In this document: one piece after another, positions 13,253 through 26,619 of the stretch
Position numbering within the stretch: the stretch's first letter is position 1
Layout of the letters: each line of letters begins with the position of its first letter
From: Octopus vulgaris
Taxonomy: Eukaryota
Direction: 5' to 3'
NCBI GenBank assembly: GCA_951406725.2
Contig: OX597825.1
Span: forward strand, 55,490,001-55,554,000
DNA length: 64,000 nucleotides
Position numbers and translations under genes: made by a program
Notes under the pieces: generated by a model
What the model was told of the DNA's origin: nothing
The model's input: the letters and a program-made list of their open reading frames with translations, nothing else
Database searches by the model: none

Positions 13253-13663
13253 CATATACATATGTACACATAAACACACATATATGCCATAATGGAAAAC
13301 AGACATTAAGGAATGATGATGATGATGATGATGATTGTTTATGTTTAAATGCATGCAAGCATGTATGAATCTATGTCTACATGTGTGTATGTATATTTAT
13401 AAATAATCATGCATATAAAGATTTAATTTCTCAGCCGATATTCCTACAGAACTCACTCAAGGCCCTTGTATTTTAGGCTTTGGTACTGAACTCTAGATCC
13501 TTCAGTTACCCCAATACAAGTTTCAGCTAGTTTCAGATTATATATACTCTAATGTATCTACTGAGTTCTCCTTGTCCCATTTTTAAAACTGAAAATATCT
13601 ACATTTGTTAATCAATCTGTTCATCTTTTCAAATACACACACACACACACATGTACACACATA

Positions 13664-13707
<44 letters not shown>

Positions 13708-13764
13708 TACATATATACATATATCCATACATACATATATATATATATCCATCCATACATACAT

Positions 13765-13815
<51 letters not shown>

Positions 13816-14848
13816 CATATATGTATATATTCATACATACATGCATATATACATTTACAGATGAACATATGTATGCATGAACATCAATGTAAATATATAT
13901 ATACTTATCTACATATATATCTATATATACATATGTGTGTATGTGTGTGTATGTATGTATGTATGTATGTATATATATGTATATATATATATATATATAT
14001 GAATCACTCGAGGGCTGAGGTGTTGGATGGCTGAAAATATAGTAGTATTTTATCAGTGAGATGATAATCTGGATCAATAATTTATGAAAATATTGGCGTC
14101 CTTTTACTGTAACTATGAAACCAAAACACTTCTCTTCAAGATCAAACCTGATACAGCAGGAACTCAAAAGCTTTGCGATACTTTTTTTTTTAATTTTGTT
14201 TTTAATTCCATTCTACTTAATGTAGCTCTTAATATATAGAATTTTGGGTTCATGTAAAGAATTTTCATTCAAGTTTTGGATTTTATTAATATTTTAAACA
14301 GAATATACATATTTTTTCATTTTAAATTTAAAGGTTGATCTTTAAAAAAGTATTGTAATTATATTTTTTCCACTATTTTTTCCCTATTTTTTCAGTTTAT
14401 GTGATTTTAAATTTGAAATTGATAGAACAAAACTAGAACCTTGTCTGTTTTCCTTTCACTTAAAATATTAAATCAGGATTGGAGAAGTGTAAAAAAATAT
14501 ATTGAAAATATATGTTAAATTTTAATGCATCTTTTGACTTTGATTTCACTATTTTACATATAAATTGAAATTTACCTTTCAGTTTTAATCTAAAATAGAA
14601 CCAATACATCTTAGATATAAATTACTATTGTCTAAATAAAATATGCTGAAATTTATGTCTTTGTTTAGGCTTAAGCCTGTCATGGTAATATGAGGCTATT
14701 TTTATGTAACTTTCACATTTACAAAGATTAGAGTATAGGTGAGATTTGTCTGCTATTTCTTGTAGGTCAAACATTCATGTACATCAAGTCTCTGTTGTTA
14801 TCTTGTGAAATTTGACCATACTCAAACATACATACATATGCACATCAT

Positions 14849-15015
14849 GTGCAGAAATGCATACAAGCACTTAAAACCAACAAGGCCATTGGCTTTAGCA
14901 ATATCCTTTCTATTATGCTCAATCATTGTGCCCTGAAGTGGCTCCTGTTCTCACCAGACTGTTCAAACTCACACTATCTACAGAAACCTATTCCAATCTT
15001 TGGAAAATGCTGTGG
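14849..15015 (+). mobile_element. CR1/L2/Jockey-group LINE fragment, region preceding the RT core
   Basis: VQKCIQALKTNKAIGFSNILSIMLNHCA/PEVAPVLTRLFKLTLSTETYSNLWK resembles KAxGPDxIPxxxLKxCAxELAPxLxxLF..WK. Confidence 0.7.
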
Positions 15016-15124
15016 AATGTTCTAAATTGTATGTGGTATTGCTAAGAATCTTACATTAAAGCTGAGAACATCTGAGGTTTCTATATAGTTTATATTAAAA
15101 TTTTAGATACTAAGCTGTAATTTC

Positions 15125-15300
15125 CCCCTCCTGGGTCTGGCCTTGTTGTGGTGAGAGGACTTGCATGTTCCACAGATCTGAGAGGGCATTAACATCCGGA
15201 GTCTTGCTCTGGGTAGGGCCACCCTAGGTGGGCCAGTCTCCTAGGGAGGTTCTTGATTAACAGTGATCCACTGTGCTTTGGATCATTCCCAAGATGGCAG
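15125..15300 (+). mobile_element. Probable RTE LINE 5' UTR fragment
   Basis: gccttgttgtggtgagaggacttgcatgttcc..ggtagggccacc..ggccagtctcctagggagg resembles 5' UTRs of RTE/Expander-type LINEs as I recall them; not searched. Confidence 0.45.
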
Positions 15301-15633
15301 CCCCATCATCTGACTATTCTGCAGAAGACCAAGAAGCCACCCAAAAGAACCTTCAGCCTGTTACAACAGCAACAAGAAGAAATCAGACAGCTCAACAACT
15401 GCAATTTGGTCAAATTCTCAGAGAAATAGACATTGAGATGGAGAGAGAGAAAGAGAGATAGAGAGAAAAAGAGAACCAAGAGGAAAGCAAACTAATCAAT
15501 TATAAATAGATCAACAGAGGACACTCACATGCACATGTACACATGTGCGTGTGTGTGTATGTATTTAAGAATATATATATATAACCCATGCTAGCATGGA
15601 AAACGGAGCTAAATGATGATATATATATATATA

Positions 15634-15845
15634 ATTAATCCAAACATGAAAAACAAAGAGAAAACACAGCAACACGAGGACGTGGAACAAATATAGTATT
15701 ATTGGACGCTCAGGAAGGAAAGGAAGAAGGAGGGTTTAACGTTTTGAGTGGAGCTCTTCGTCAGAAACTTAGGAAAAGGAAAGATCCAGAGAAGGGAAGA
15801 CGGAGGAAAAAAAATCGCCAACGGTACATACGTGGTCACATTTTG
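15634..15845 (-). mobile_element. PLE pseudo-LTR family A with decayed minimal hammerhead
   Basis: Minus strand gtttCTGACGAagagctccactcAAAAcgttaaac (G12 lost); flanked by (TA)n. Confidence 0.72.
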
Positions 15846-15920
15846 AATATATATATACTAGAGGAAATGAGGTACTCAGAGATTTGGATGGTTTTATACA
15901 TGTACATCATCTCCAAACCT

Positions 15921-15952
<32 letters not shown>

Positions 15953-15955
<3 letters not shown>

Positions 15956-16182
15956 GGAGTAAACACATAAATGTGAAACAAGGTGGAAAAAAGAGTACTC
16001 AAATACCAGTGGTAGAGTAATATGCTTTATTTTAAGCAGCAGAAAATTCAACAAAATCTGTTACTCTGAGTTTCTCGTTGCCGTTCATCAGACAGTTTTT
16101 GCTAGCAAAAACTGTCTGATGAACGGCAACGAGAAACTCAGAGTAACAGATTTTGTTGAATTTTCTGCTGCTTAAAATAAAG
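15953..16182 (-). mobile_element. PLE pseudo-LTR unit with a perfect 158-bp foldback (16025-16182), inserted in (TA)n
   Basis: Exact 79-bp arms centred on gct|agc with no spacer, plus a unique tail at 15953-16024; TA repeats on both sides. Confidence 0.88.
16106..16155 (+). ncRNA. Type-I hammerhead motif; mirror copy on the minus strand at 16052-16101
   Basis: Helix I caaaaactgt/acagattttg; CTGATGA 16116-22; short helix II cg-gcaa-cg; GAAA 16133-36; helix III actc/gagt; GUA site 16143-45. Confidence 0.7.
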
Positions 16183-16228
16183 TATATATATATATATATA
16201 TATATATGGATAAATATATGCATGTATG

Positions 16229-16275
<47 letters not shown>

Positions 16276-16356
16276 TCATATATGTATAAAAAATTAAAAG
16301 AATGAGATAAAAAAAATCCAAGGCTGTGAAAGATTTCAGAACATTTATAAAGAGAA

Positions 16357-16406
16357 GGTCTTACAGCTGTTTCCAGAATATTTTATATATCCCTTCATCA
16401 GAGATG
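16357..16406 (-). ncRNA. Type-I hammerhead motif, PLE type
   Basis: Minus strand tct CTGATGA a gggatat-ataaa-atattct g GAAA cagctg TA aga; palindromic helix III and GUA site. Confidence 0.7.
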
Positions 16407-16764
16407 GTGCAAGGAAATTGTTAAGCAATAGTTATTATAGAGAAGGTATGAAATACAGAGTGAAGTGGAGGAGTGAAAGCAGATGTGAGATACGTAAAGA
16501 TATTGTATCTGCAGTTCCATTATTTAAGCAGAATGATATACATATAAGTTTCCTGTACCTTGTGTGTGAGTTCCAATGGTATTTATAATTGATCATTTCA
16601 AGCATATATATGCATGCTAATATATGACCTATGTTGGACTCCTCATTCATATAATCACTGAACCTGGAGCTTAACAATAGTCTGTTCATAGCACTTACTC
16701 AGCATTACCTGACACCTTTTGGTCTTCTTGACACCATTACCTCTCATAACCTCTAATATATATG

Positions 16765-16816
<52 letters not shown>

Positions 16817-16890
16817 TATATATTTAAGAATATATATATATATACATACACACACACACAATTATATGTATAAATATATACACAATTCTA

Positions 16891-16921
<31 letters not shown>

Positions 16922-17504
16922 GTATACACACACAGATACATATTTGCACTCAACTTATATAATGCTTTAGTACTGATTCCAATATCATTTACTGACAGTA
17001 TTTAAATGTAAACTAAGTTTTGGATTTATCATTAAGAAAATAAAAGCCAGCATACTTTATCTTTAGAATTTATCACTTCTTCATGTACCATTTCTTCTTC
17101 CTTCTTTTTCTACGACAGTCCTCCCCTATCCACCACCACTTTCCCATACATGCACACACACACATACACAAACCATGCAATGCCTTGGAAAAATAAATTT
17201 GGTCTGTAGTGATACAATGAATGTGAATCTGCCTGTTACCAGATGTCAGGAGTTTGTTTAATCAAATGTTTCCACTGTGGGGCCTTAAAGTCTGCAGGAA
17301 AATGGTAAAAAAATGGTTTAAGTAAGCAAGGAAACAAAATGAGAAGATAATGGGTTAGCTTTCCTTTTTTCCCTTTATACTGATGAGCCACAGTGACATT
17401 CTGCTAAAATGTCCAAATTCCTGTTCAGAATTCCCAATAATACATACACATCCACATATATGTATTTACTTTATACATTTATGATAAAAAAAAATTTAAA
17501 AAAA

Positions 17505-17732
17505 TAAATGTGCCCTTTTAAAACCTAGCCAGGTTCCTGGGCCTGGTTTCCCCAGCTGGATGGGACGCCAGTCCATCACAGCGTTACTCATTTTTTTCAG
17601 CTGCGTGGACTGGAGCAACGTGAAATGAAGTGTTTTTCTCAAGAACACAACGCGTCGCCTAGTCCATGCATTGAAACCACAATCTTACGATCATGGTGCT
17701 GACACCCTAACCACTAAGCCACATGCCTCCAC
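17505..17732 (-). mobile_element. tRNA-derived SINE family 3, tail type a
   Basis: Head gtggcttagtggttagggtg..ggtttcaat; body gtgttcttgag..cacttcatttcacgttgctccagtcc; tail gatggactggcgtcccatccagctggg. Paralog at 60232-60478. Confidence 0.82.
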
Positions 17733-17744
17733 TACTTATACATT

Positions 17745-17777
<33 letters not shown>

Positions 17778-17781
<4 letters not shown>

Positions 17782-17927
17782 TCATCATCATCATCATCGT
17801 TTAGCGTCCGTTTTCCATGCTAGCATGGGTTGGACGGTTCTACTGGGGTCTGTGAAGCCAGAAGGCTTCATCAGGCCCAGTCAAATCTGGCAGTGTTTCT
17901 ACGGCTGGATGCCCTTCCTAACGCCAA
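17778..17927 (-). mobile_element. Young RTE 3'-tail copy in (TA)n
   Basis: Appears identical to 30421-30570 outside the (ATC)n tail. Confidence 0.85.
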
Positions 17928-18001
17928 TGTGCCCTTATATATATATATATATATTACATACATATAAGAGGGCTGTCCACCTAGTGGTCATCCCTCTTAT
18001 A

Positions 18002-18049
<48 letters not shown>

Positions 18050-18054
<5 letters not shown>

Positions 18055-18746
18055 AGACCAGGCAGGAATGCCTTTCCTCCCTTGGACACAAAGACCTGTT
18101 GAGGCAAGCGAAGTCGATATAGAACCTCATCCGACGACAGGCACCCATGCCAAACCCCTTTGCTTGCGAAGACATGTTGGGGCAAGTGAAAGCGAAATCG
18201 AAATCGAATTGAACCAGCCAGGATCCCTGGTCTGGTGGTACGTAAAAAGCACTATCCGACTCGTGGCCGATGCCAGCGCCGCCTCCACTGGCTTCCGTGC
18301 CGGTGGCACGTAATATACACCAATCCGACCGTACGACAGGCACCCATGCCAACCCCTTTGCTTGCGAAGACATGTTGGGGCAAGCGAAATCGAAATCGAA
18401 TTGAACCAGCCAGGATCCCTGGTCTGGTGGTACGTAAAAAGCACTATCTGACTCGTGGCCGATGCCAACTCCGCCTCGACTGGCTTCCATGCCGGTGGCA
18501 CATAAAATACACCAATCCAACCGTGGCCGTTGCCAGCTTCGCCTGGCACCTGTGCAGGTGGCACGTAAAATGCACCCACTACACTCACGGAGTGGTTGAC
18601 GTTAGGAAGGGCATCCAGCTGTAGAAACATTGCCAGATAAGACTGGAGCCTGGTGCAGCCTTCTGGCTTCCCAGATCCCCGGTCGAACCGTCCAACCCAT
18701 GCTAGCATGGAGAACCGACGTTAAACGATGATGATGATGATGATGA
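18050..18746 (+). mobile_element. RTE LINE 3' UTR with internal ~199-bp tandem duplication and (GAT)n tail
   Basis: Copies at 18134-18332 and 18333-18524; CpG-rich; ends ggaagggcatccagctgtagaaa..gacgttaaacgatgatgat. Confidence 0.85.
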
Positions 18747-18769
18747 TAGAGAGAGAGAGAGAGAGTTTT

Positions 18770-19170
18770 GCTTGTTTTTGTCATTAGACTGCAGCCCATT
18801 CTGGGGCATCATCTTAAAGAATTTTTCTCAAATGAACTGACCACAGCCCTTTATTTATTGATTGGTCTTTTAAAACCTGGTACTTAATCTATCAGTTCCT
18901 TTTGCTAAAGTGCTAAGTTATGGGGAAATAAACACACAAACACCAGATGTTAAGTTATAGTGAGAGCAAACACAAACTCAAAGACACACATACACATGCA
19001 TATACACATATAGAAACTGTAAGTGACAGGCTTATTTCTGTTTCTGCTGACCAAATCCACTCACAAAACTTGGGGCTATAGTAGATGACACCTGCCCAAT
19101 GTGCCACACAGTGGGACTGAACCCACAACCATGTAGCTGGGAAGTATTCTATCCACAAAATCATGCCTGC
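18770..19170 (-). mobile_element. CORE-type SINE family 2, diverged
   Basis: Reverse-strand tail, CORE and head motifs. Confidence 0.75.
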
Positions 19171-19227
<57 letters not shown>

Positions 19228-19269
19228 TCTTTCTCACAATATATATGTATATATATAAGTATATCTAAG

Positions 19270-19300
<31 letters not shown>

Positions 19301-19567
19301 TGTGTTGTATGTCTTGTACTCTGTTTTTCCGTTATTTAAAAAGAATGTCCATTTCCTTGGTTTTGTTTTTATGTTTTCGTTTCTCATTGTGTTCCACGTT
19401 TTTTTGGTGTCCTGTACCCATATATGCATGTATATATACATATAGATGTAGGTACGTACATATATGTATGTATATATACATATGTTTTATTTATTATTTT
19501 GTTATTATATGATGGAACGCCACGCATCCACTTCCAAGTAAGTTTTATCTATACACATATATATATC

Positions 19568-20150
19568 TCATCACCATCATTTTCATTTAATATCTGTTCT
19601 CCATGCTGGCATGGGTCGGATGGCTTGACAGGAGCTGAAGACTGCCCAGGTTCTATGCCTGCTTTGGCATGGTTTCTACAGCTGGATGCCCTTCCTAATG
19701 ACGACCACTTTACAGAATGTACTGGGTGCTTTTACACAGCACCTGCACAGGTGCATTTACATGGCACAGTTTCAGGTGCTTTTTACATGGCACCAGCACT
19801 CATGAGCCCACAAGAATAGGAATGCTCACCTGGAGAGCAATGCAGGGAGTAAGGCTGTATGCAAGACAACCATGCTTTTACTTAGCTTGATACGTCTTTT
19901 CAAGCACAGCAAACTGCCAGGAGTCTCGGTCCCCTGTCACCCCCTCTGTGAGCCCCAACGTCCAATGATCCTTTCTTACCACTTCATCATGCATTTTCTT
20001 GGGTCCACTCCTTCCCCATGTTCCCTCTACAATTAGAGATTGCCACCTCTTGAAGCAAATGCTTTCATTCATACACATCACATGGCCATACTAGTGCAGT
20101 TTTCTCTCTTACACACTACATCTGATGCCTCACATACCCAGTTTCTCTCA
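19568..20150 (-). mobile_element. RTE LINE 3' end (ORF end plus 3' UTR)
   Basis: ERKLH*YGHVMCM..VEGTWGRSGPKK..DRDSWQFAVLEKT..K* followed by the ggaagggcatccagctgtagaaa UTR. Confidence 0.85.
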
Positions 20151-20934
20151 AATCACATATGCATGCAAATATGTGTGTGTGTGTGTGTGTGTGTGTGTTC
20201 AAATATGTGTATATGAGTATACATGTGTCTGTTAGTGCTTGTGTGCATGCCTCCATATGTGTGTGTGTTTGTACATACAGACTGTTTTGGTAACTACCCC
20301 TTTAATGTCAGTAGTCCTTTAATCCCCCCTCCTCTCTCTCTCTGTTTTTCTCTCTTCCCCTCCTGCTCATCCTCATCTTCTTTCACTTTCTTCTTAAGCT
20401 CCCTATTAGAATTCTAGTTCCCAGTCAAAATATAATGTTGCACCCTCATTTTTCTGCTTCCCTGCTTTACTACCATCTTGTAATTTCCCACCCCTATCCT
20501 CTCCTCAACTGCTACTCCCACCCCCACCTCTCTGTCTCCATGTCTGTAATTCTGTCATCAAATACTAACTAACCTCTCCCACCACTCTACTCTCTCTCTC
20601 TCTCTCCCTTTCTCTTCCCCATCCCCATTTTTGCTCTCTGTGCTTCTGATATACACTCATTCCCTCACTATTTCTGTCTTTCTCTTTCTCCTAATGTTTT
20701 CTCTACCTATTGGAATCTCTTTTTCTGACAGTATATATTTGTATATGTGTGTGTGTGTGTGTATGACACACAGACACACACACACATATGTATGTATGCA
20801 TATATATGTTGATGTGTATATTTATATTGTATTCTTTCAGCAATAAATATACTAAAATTTAAACGAGACAGAGAGGATATGTATATTTATGTATGTAAAT
20901 AGAGAGGTAGATACATACATATATGCATGCATAG

Positions 20935-20974
<40 letters not shown>

Positions 20975-21164
20975 GTTTTGAGAAAGAAGATTGATTAGAA
21001 ATTCTCTCACAATGTAGAGGTTTGGACGTAGAAGTGCTCAAGAGTAACTTGAGACAAAAGATATTAATATTTACTGTGAAGAAACAAAAGACCTGGTTAT
21101 TCAATCCGCAAAACATAACTCCGATTAGAGATGGATTTATAGGACAATTGTACATGATAGATTA

Positions 21165-21264
<100 letters not shown>

Positions 21265-21591
21265 ATAAAAGATTCAAGAGAGAATCAAGTATTTAAATGA
21301 TAGGCACCATCTTTAGTTGAATAAATATACTGGGTACTGAAGTACATCCAATGAAATTTTCAGGTTATGCTTACACAGAATTTAACTCTCATGAGTATTA
21401 ACATCTAGAGGTTGATCCGAAGTGCACATTGTATTAGTTGCATGGTGTTTGGTATGCTTCAGGATGTCCAACAGGTCAGAAATCCATTTTAGCTTAAAAT
21501 TCCAATTGTGGGAAGTATTTAATAGCTGCAGTGTAAATAACTAGACTTTGGAAGGAGGCAGAAGTTATGTGAGTGTGTGTGTGTGTGTGTG

Positions 21592-21623
<32 letters not shown>

Positions 21624-21724
21624 GTTTAACGTCCGTTCTCCATGCTAGCATGGGTTGGACGGTTCGACCAGGGATCTGGGAAGCCAGAAGGCTGCACCAG
21701 GCTCCAGTCTGATCTGGCAGTGTT
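21592..21724 (-). mobile_element. RTE 3'-tail copy
   Basis: Near-identical to the reverse complement of 18625-18746. Confidence 0.85.
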
Positions 21725-22539
21725 TATATAATATAAGGATAAAATCTATAAAAGATTTTATTGTGTGGCCAGCATGTAAAACCAATTAAGGAAAAAAATT
21801 AATACAAGGTACGTAGGTTTTTGTCTTTATATATGCTGTTTTATCATGGCTACCGAATAATTGTCACATATTAATTTTACAGATAAATTCCTCTATTTAC
21901 ATAATATCGAGATCTCTTTCATTCTTTTGTTGTCTTACCATTTATATCAATATATATATATATATATATATATTTGCAATAGTTTCTGTTGTGATATTTA
22001 GACATTTGAAGATTTTTCAGGGACTTCTACAGATAATAATTTCCTAAAATATTATTATTGATGCTAATTTATGTTCAAGTATGAGACTACATGCTTTGTT
22101 CTACTTGACAAATTTTTCTTTTTCCATATAACATGTTCAACTATTCTATAGTCAGGGTGCATTTGGTTAACACAATTTCTCTTTGTCGGATGAAATTGCT
22201 ATTGTATCGATTGCATTTAATTTGTATCATCTGTACTGTTGTATACTTTTGTCTACTAAATTCTTTATGTGTCTGTTTCCAACAAGTATTTCTTTTATTT
22301 GCATTAATTTCCTTTTGCAGTAGTGTTTTCCTTTATGGAACAGAATCTAAAGGTTCTTTTGCTAATATCCATTTCATGAAGACAATGAAAGCAAAAGAAG
22401 ATCTAGGAACTTAGACGGACAAATAAACTTTATTGTTACAAACGAAATATAAAAGAAACGATTGAAGAAATATAACAACAAAAACAATCATATATAACAA
22501 AAACAAAGGAAGATCAAACTGAGCGAACTCACTAACATA

Positions 22540-22656
22540 CATTTATACATATGTATTTATGTATACATGTGTGCATGTGTATTCAGACACATATATGCAT
22601 GTCAGTATATATATATATATATATATATACATGCTTTGTTCAACAAATATTTAAAC

Positions 22657-22710
<54 letters not shown>

Positions 22711-22882
22711 TATACATACATATATATATACATACATACATATATGAATACATATATATATATAAATATATATATATATACACATATATATATATATATA
22801 CATATATATATAAATATATATGAATACATATATATAAATATATATATATTTGTACATATATATATATGTATACATATATATA

Positions 22883-22936
<54 letters not shown>

Positions 22937-22975
22937 TACACACTCACACACACACACATATATATATTATATATA
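22540..22975. repeat. (TA)n/(CA)n microsatellite
   Basis: Directly visible. Confidence 0.95.
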
Positions 22976-23211
22976 GACAGCATTTACTTGAGTACAAAGC
23001 AATCTCAAATATAATAGGACTTCCACTGTCACTCACTTTTTGCACCTAAATATCTGTAATATATTTCATCTTTTCATCTATATTTTACACTCCAGTAAAA
23101 TGTTACCCCTTCCCCACTTTTGACCCTGCCATATTCTATTAAATTTGTAACATTATACAGGAGCAAATATGGTGTATGTATATGTGTATGCATATATTAT
23201 TAAAGACACAA

Positions 23212-23400
23212 CAGTGCATGAAGTATTTGAGGACGTATTTGGTAATTTAATAAAGCAACTCATATCTAGTAAAAACGCAATGTATTTTAATAAAAATTTG
23301 TGTACTCATTGACAATAAGATTTCTTCTAATATTTTATGAATTTACCTTCAGTTTCAATGACTGCTTCAATGCATGACCAGAATCAATGACATGCCTGCA
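23212..23400 (-). mobile_element. 3' end of a Tc1/maT-like transposon
   Basis: Minus strand QACH*FWSCIEAVIETEGKFIKY*, a decayed form of ACxRFRSRIEAVIExEGxFI. Confidence 0.65.
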
Positions 23401-23669
23401 TTAAATATTCATCATCATTATCCTCTTTTATTCCATGCCAACAAGGGCCAGACAGTTTGACTGGAGTTGGTAAGCTGGAGAGTTGCACCAGGCTCAAATC
23501 TGTTTCGGTTCAGTTCCTATGGTTGGATGACCTTTTTAATGCCAACAACTTCACAGAGTGTACCAGATGCCTTTTACATGTCACTGGCATGGATGCTTTT
23601 TACATGGCTCAGGTGCCATTCACATATCACCAATACTAGGCCATGACTACAATTTCACTTAGCATGGAA

Positions 23670-24163
23670 TCGTGTTCATGGCCAAACATCCAGTTAACAT
23701 CATGGTGTTTGGAGTGATCACTAGTGATGGCGACTTTATGCCTTCATTCATCTTCCCACAGGGCCTCACACTCAACATGGCAGCTTACATCAAGTCCCTG
23801 GAGGAGGTAATACTGCCCTGGGTCAAAATGGTGGCTGCTGGAAGAACCAATGTCTGGCAACAGGACTCTGCACTATGCCACACAAGCAGAAGAACTCAGT
23901 TGTGGCTGTCAGACAATTTTTGTAACCACTTCACCCCTAACATCTGACCACCTACTCCTCAGACTGCAACCCCCTTGATTATTATGTGTGAGGCACAGCT
24001 GAGCAAGAGACCAACAAAACTCCTTGTAACACCACAAAGGAACTGGAGGCAAAGATCATGGCAGTATTCACCAACTTAAGCAAGAAAACCATCCAGAAAA
24101 GTTGTAGGAGATTCTGAAGTTGTCTGGAGGCCATGGTTGGAGACAATGGTGATGTTATTGAAT
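23670..24163 (+). pseudogene. DD37D (maT-like) transposase relic
   Basis: KHPVNIMVFGVITSDG..VWQQDSALCHTS..*PP/DCNPLDYYV*..CRRF*SCLEAMVGDNGDVIE*; 37 residues between the second and third D after correcting a 1-nt frameshift. Confidence 0.85.
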
Positions 24164-24291
24164 AATTTTACTCATCAGTAATTCAAGATATTTTCATGTA
24201 ATTTTGGTAAATATATATGTTAAAATGTGATGTCGGTGTTATTTTCATTTTTGCGTAATTTAGACAACAGTTAACATGCCGTGTTTGAGTG

Positions 24292-24325
<34 letters not shown>

Positions 24326-25649
24326 ATACATATATATATATATTTAATACATATATATATAGAGAGAAAGATAAATAGATAGATAAGTAGATAGCTAACT
24401 AGCTAGATAGATAAATAGATAGATATACGATACACGCATATATATATATATATACCCACACTCACATATATATATATATCAGTTCTCATCACCCTTTTTT
24501 TAGTCCTTTTGCCTATCTTTTTGTGCCTTTATTTAATTACCCTCTTTAATCACAAACATTCATCATTTATCTTACACAGTACACATACATTAAATGCTAA
24601 AAACACACGCACTGCACCACAGACATGGATATTTCTCCATACACTGCATTGCACCCCACACACTCACATGTTGCACCAAAATACACACACACTGCTCTTC
24701 TCACACGCACACACACACTACAACATTCACCAACTCCACCAACACCACCTGACAAACTCATGCACACTCATGTTACCATAATACACATTTCATGCTGCAT
24801 ACAGATGCACACAAATACTACATCTCGTGAATACAAATATTATACACATGCAGTAACAGGTTTCACCCACCCCTGCTCATACACACACACATCCTGCACG
24901 CCCACACCCATACTACATGACTATCACATATGCTATGACACACATACACACATGCACACTAATTAACCATTGTAAAATTGTAAACTCCCCCCAGACAACA
25001 TATTGCACTACACATACACACTTGTTCGCACATAGAAATGAGTAACACTAAACTGCCTTCTCTTTCTCCTCTCCATACATCACCTCCAGTAAACAAATTC
25101 AGGCTGAAAGACAAACAGCCCCTCCTCCCTTGCCATTGTCTGCCATTAAATATTCTGCAAAATTAAATAAGTGTCTTTGCCATTCTGAAGAGAGATGAAT
25201 TCTTTGTGGTTTCGTTCTCTCCTTCACAGAAACATCGCTGTTGTATTTCATATAACATTATATTTGCCTCTCCCCCACTCTCTCTCACACACACACATAC
25301 ACACACACATGCACACACAAATATGAACTCATATTGATTTCTTTCCTGTATTTCACATGCATCTTTTGTACATTGTATCAAGTGCATCTTTCTATCTCTC
25401 TTTCTCTCTCTGTACATATATATATAAATATATATATATATATATTAGTGTTATACTGCTAAAGGGCCACTTCTTCTCTCCTTACCCCGTTGGCTAAAGG
25501 GGAAGGACAACTTTATGTATGCAGCAAAACTACTATTTCATGTTTGTTTGCCAATTGTCATATTCTGGGTGTGAAAATTTAACTTCTGTTGAAATCTCTC
25601 TGATTTTAAGCATCAACACATATTGCTATACTAACCACATGAGTATTAA

Positions 25650-26106
25650 CCCTTCTGATATCAATCCATTTGAGACTGCCTCTGGTTCCATAATGATATA
25701 AATTACCATCTCAAAGTAATCTAAATTAAATCTTTCCATCAAAATTCCATGTTAATTTATTTTCTAAACACAAAATTAATAATAACAAATGACAAGGTTA
25801 TTTTACCAAATTCTTCATTATTTTCAGAATTAATTGAAACAAAAGCAATGTATTGCATCTGAAATATAGTAACAAAGGATTCCAACCATTTTATAACCTG
25901 TCTGAAACTTCCCTGGTTCTATGATACAAACTCTCTCTTTTAAAGTGATTTAAATTGAAACCTTCCAACAGAACTGCATGCTAATCTATGTTCCAAACAT
26001 CTTGGTCAATAATGATGACCAAATTATTTTCTTAAATTCTTCATTATGTTTCAAAGTAATTGTAACAAAATCAGTTTATTTCAACAGAAATATGGTGACA
26101 AAAGCA
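25650..26106. mobile_element. Two diverged tandem copies of a ~230-bp TTAA-bounded MITE-like element
   Basis: Starts ttaa-ccct; 25650-25880 aligns with 25883-26106 (ctggttc.atgata, aaattcttcattat, gaaatat.gt.acaaa); ends in ttaa. Confidence 0.6.
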
Positions 26107-26619
26107 TTAAAATTGAAATTTTATTTTCATGTTACTGCAACAATTGCCATACTCTCTGGTCTTGACTAAGTGAAAATGTTTTAGGAACAAAACATAAAAC
26201 AATATTAATCAAACAAAAACGTGGCCAACAAAAGTACACACTATATAGTTTTTATTGTTTTACACTGTAAGGGAGAAACAGAGAGAGGTTTCTACATTTC
26301 AGGCAGTAGTTCTTTGATAGTGAAAGATCTAGCTGGCCAAGATCTGCAAGTCACAAATTATGAGCCTAGCTCATCTTTATCTACCATGGCTGAGATCTCC
26401 CCACCCACAATCTACAGCTCTAAAGATAATCTTCAGCTCTAAAGTAGTGCCCAGCAAACTTTAGCTGATGCTATGTCTTTATCACTGTTAGATATGTGAT
26501 GAAGTTGTGTAAATTTATTGTACTGATAGATGGGTTTACTATGTAGTGGTGTAGGTAGTGAGAGTAGTAGTAGTAGTAGTATTTTTTTCTAGATGGAAAG
26601 AAGAAATAGAAAAAATTAA

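Noticed and set aside
17375-17420. CTGATGA motif as a possible hammerhead; similar cases at 37069 and 8663-8750
   Set aside because: GAAA or the core is degenerate and the helices could not be closed.
18127-18708. 193-aa and 179-aa ORFs with internal repeats
   Set aside because: Antisense read-through of the duplicated, GC-rich RTE 3' UTR.
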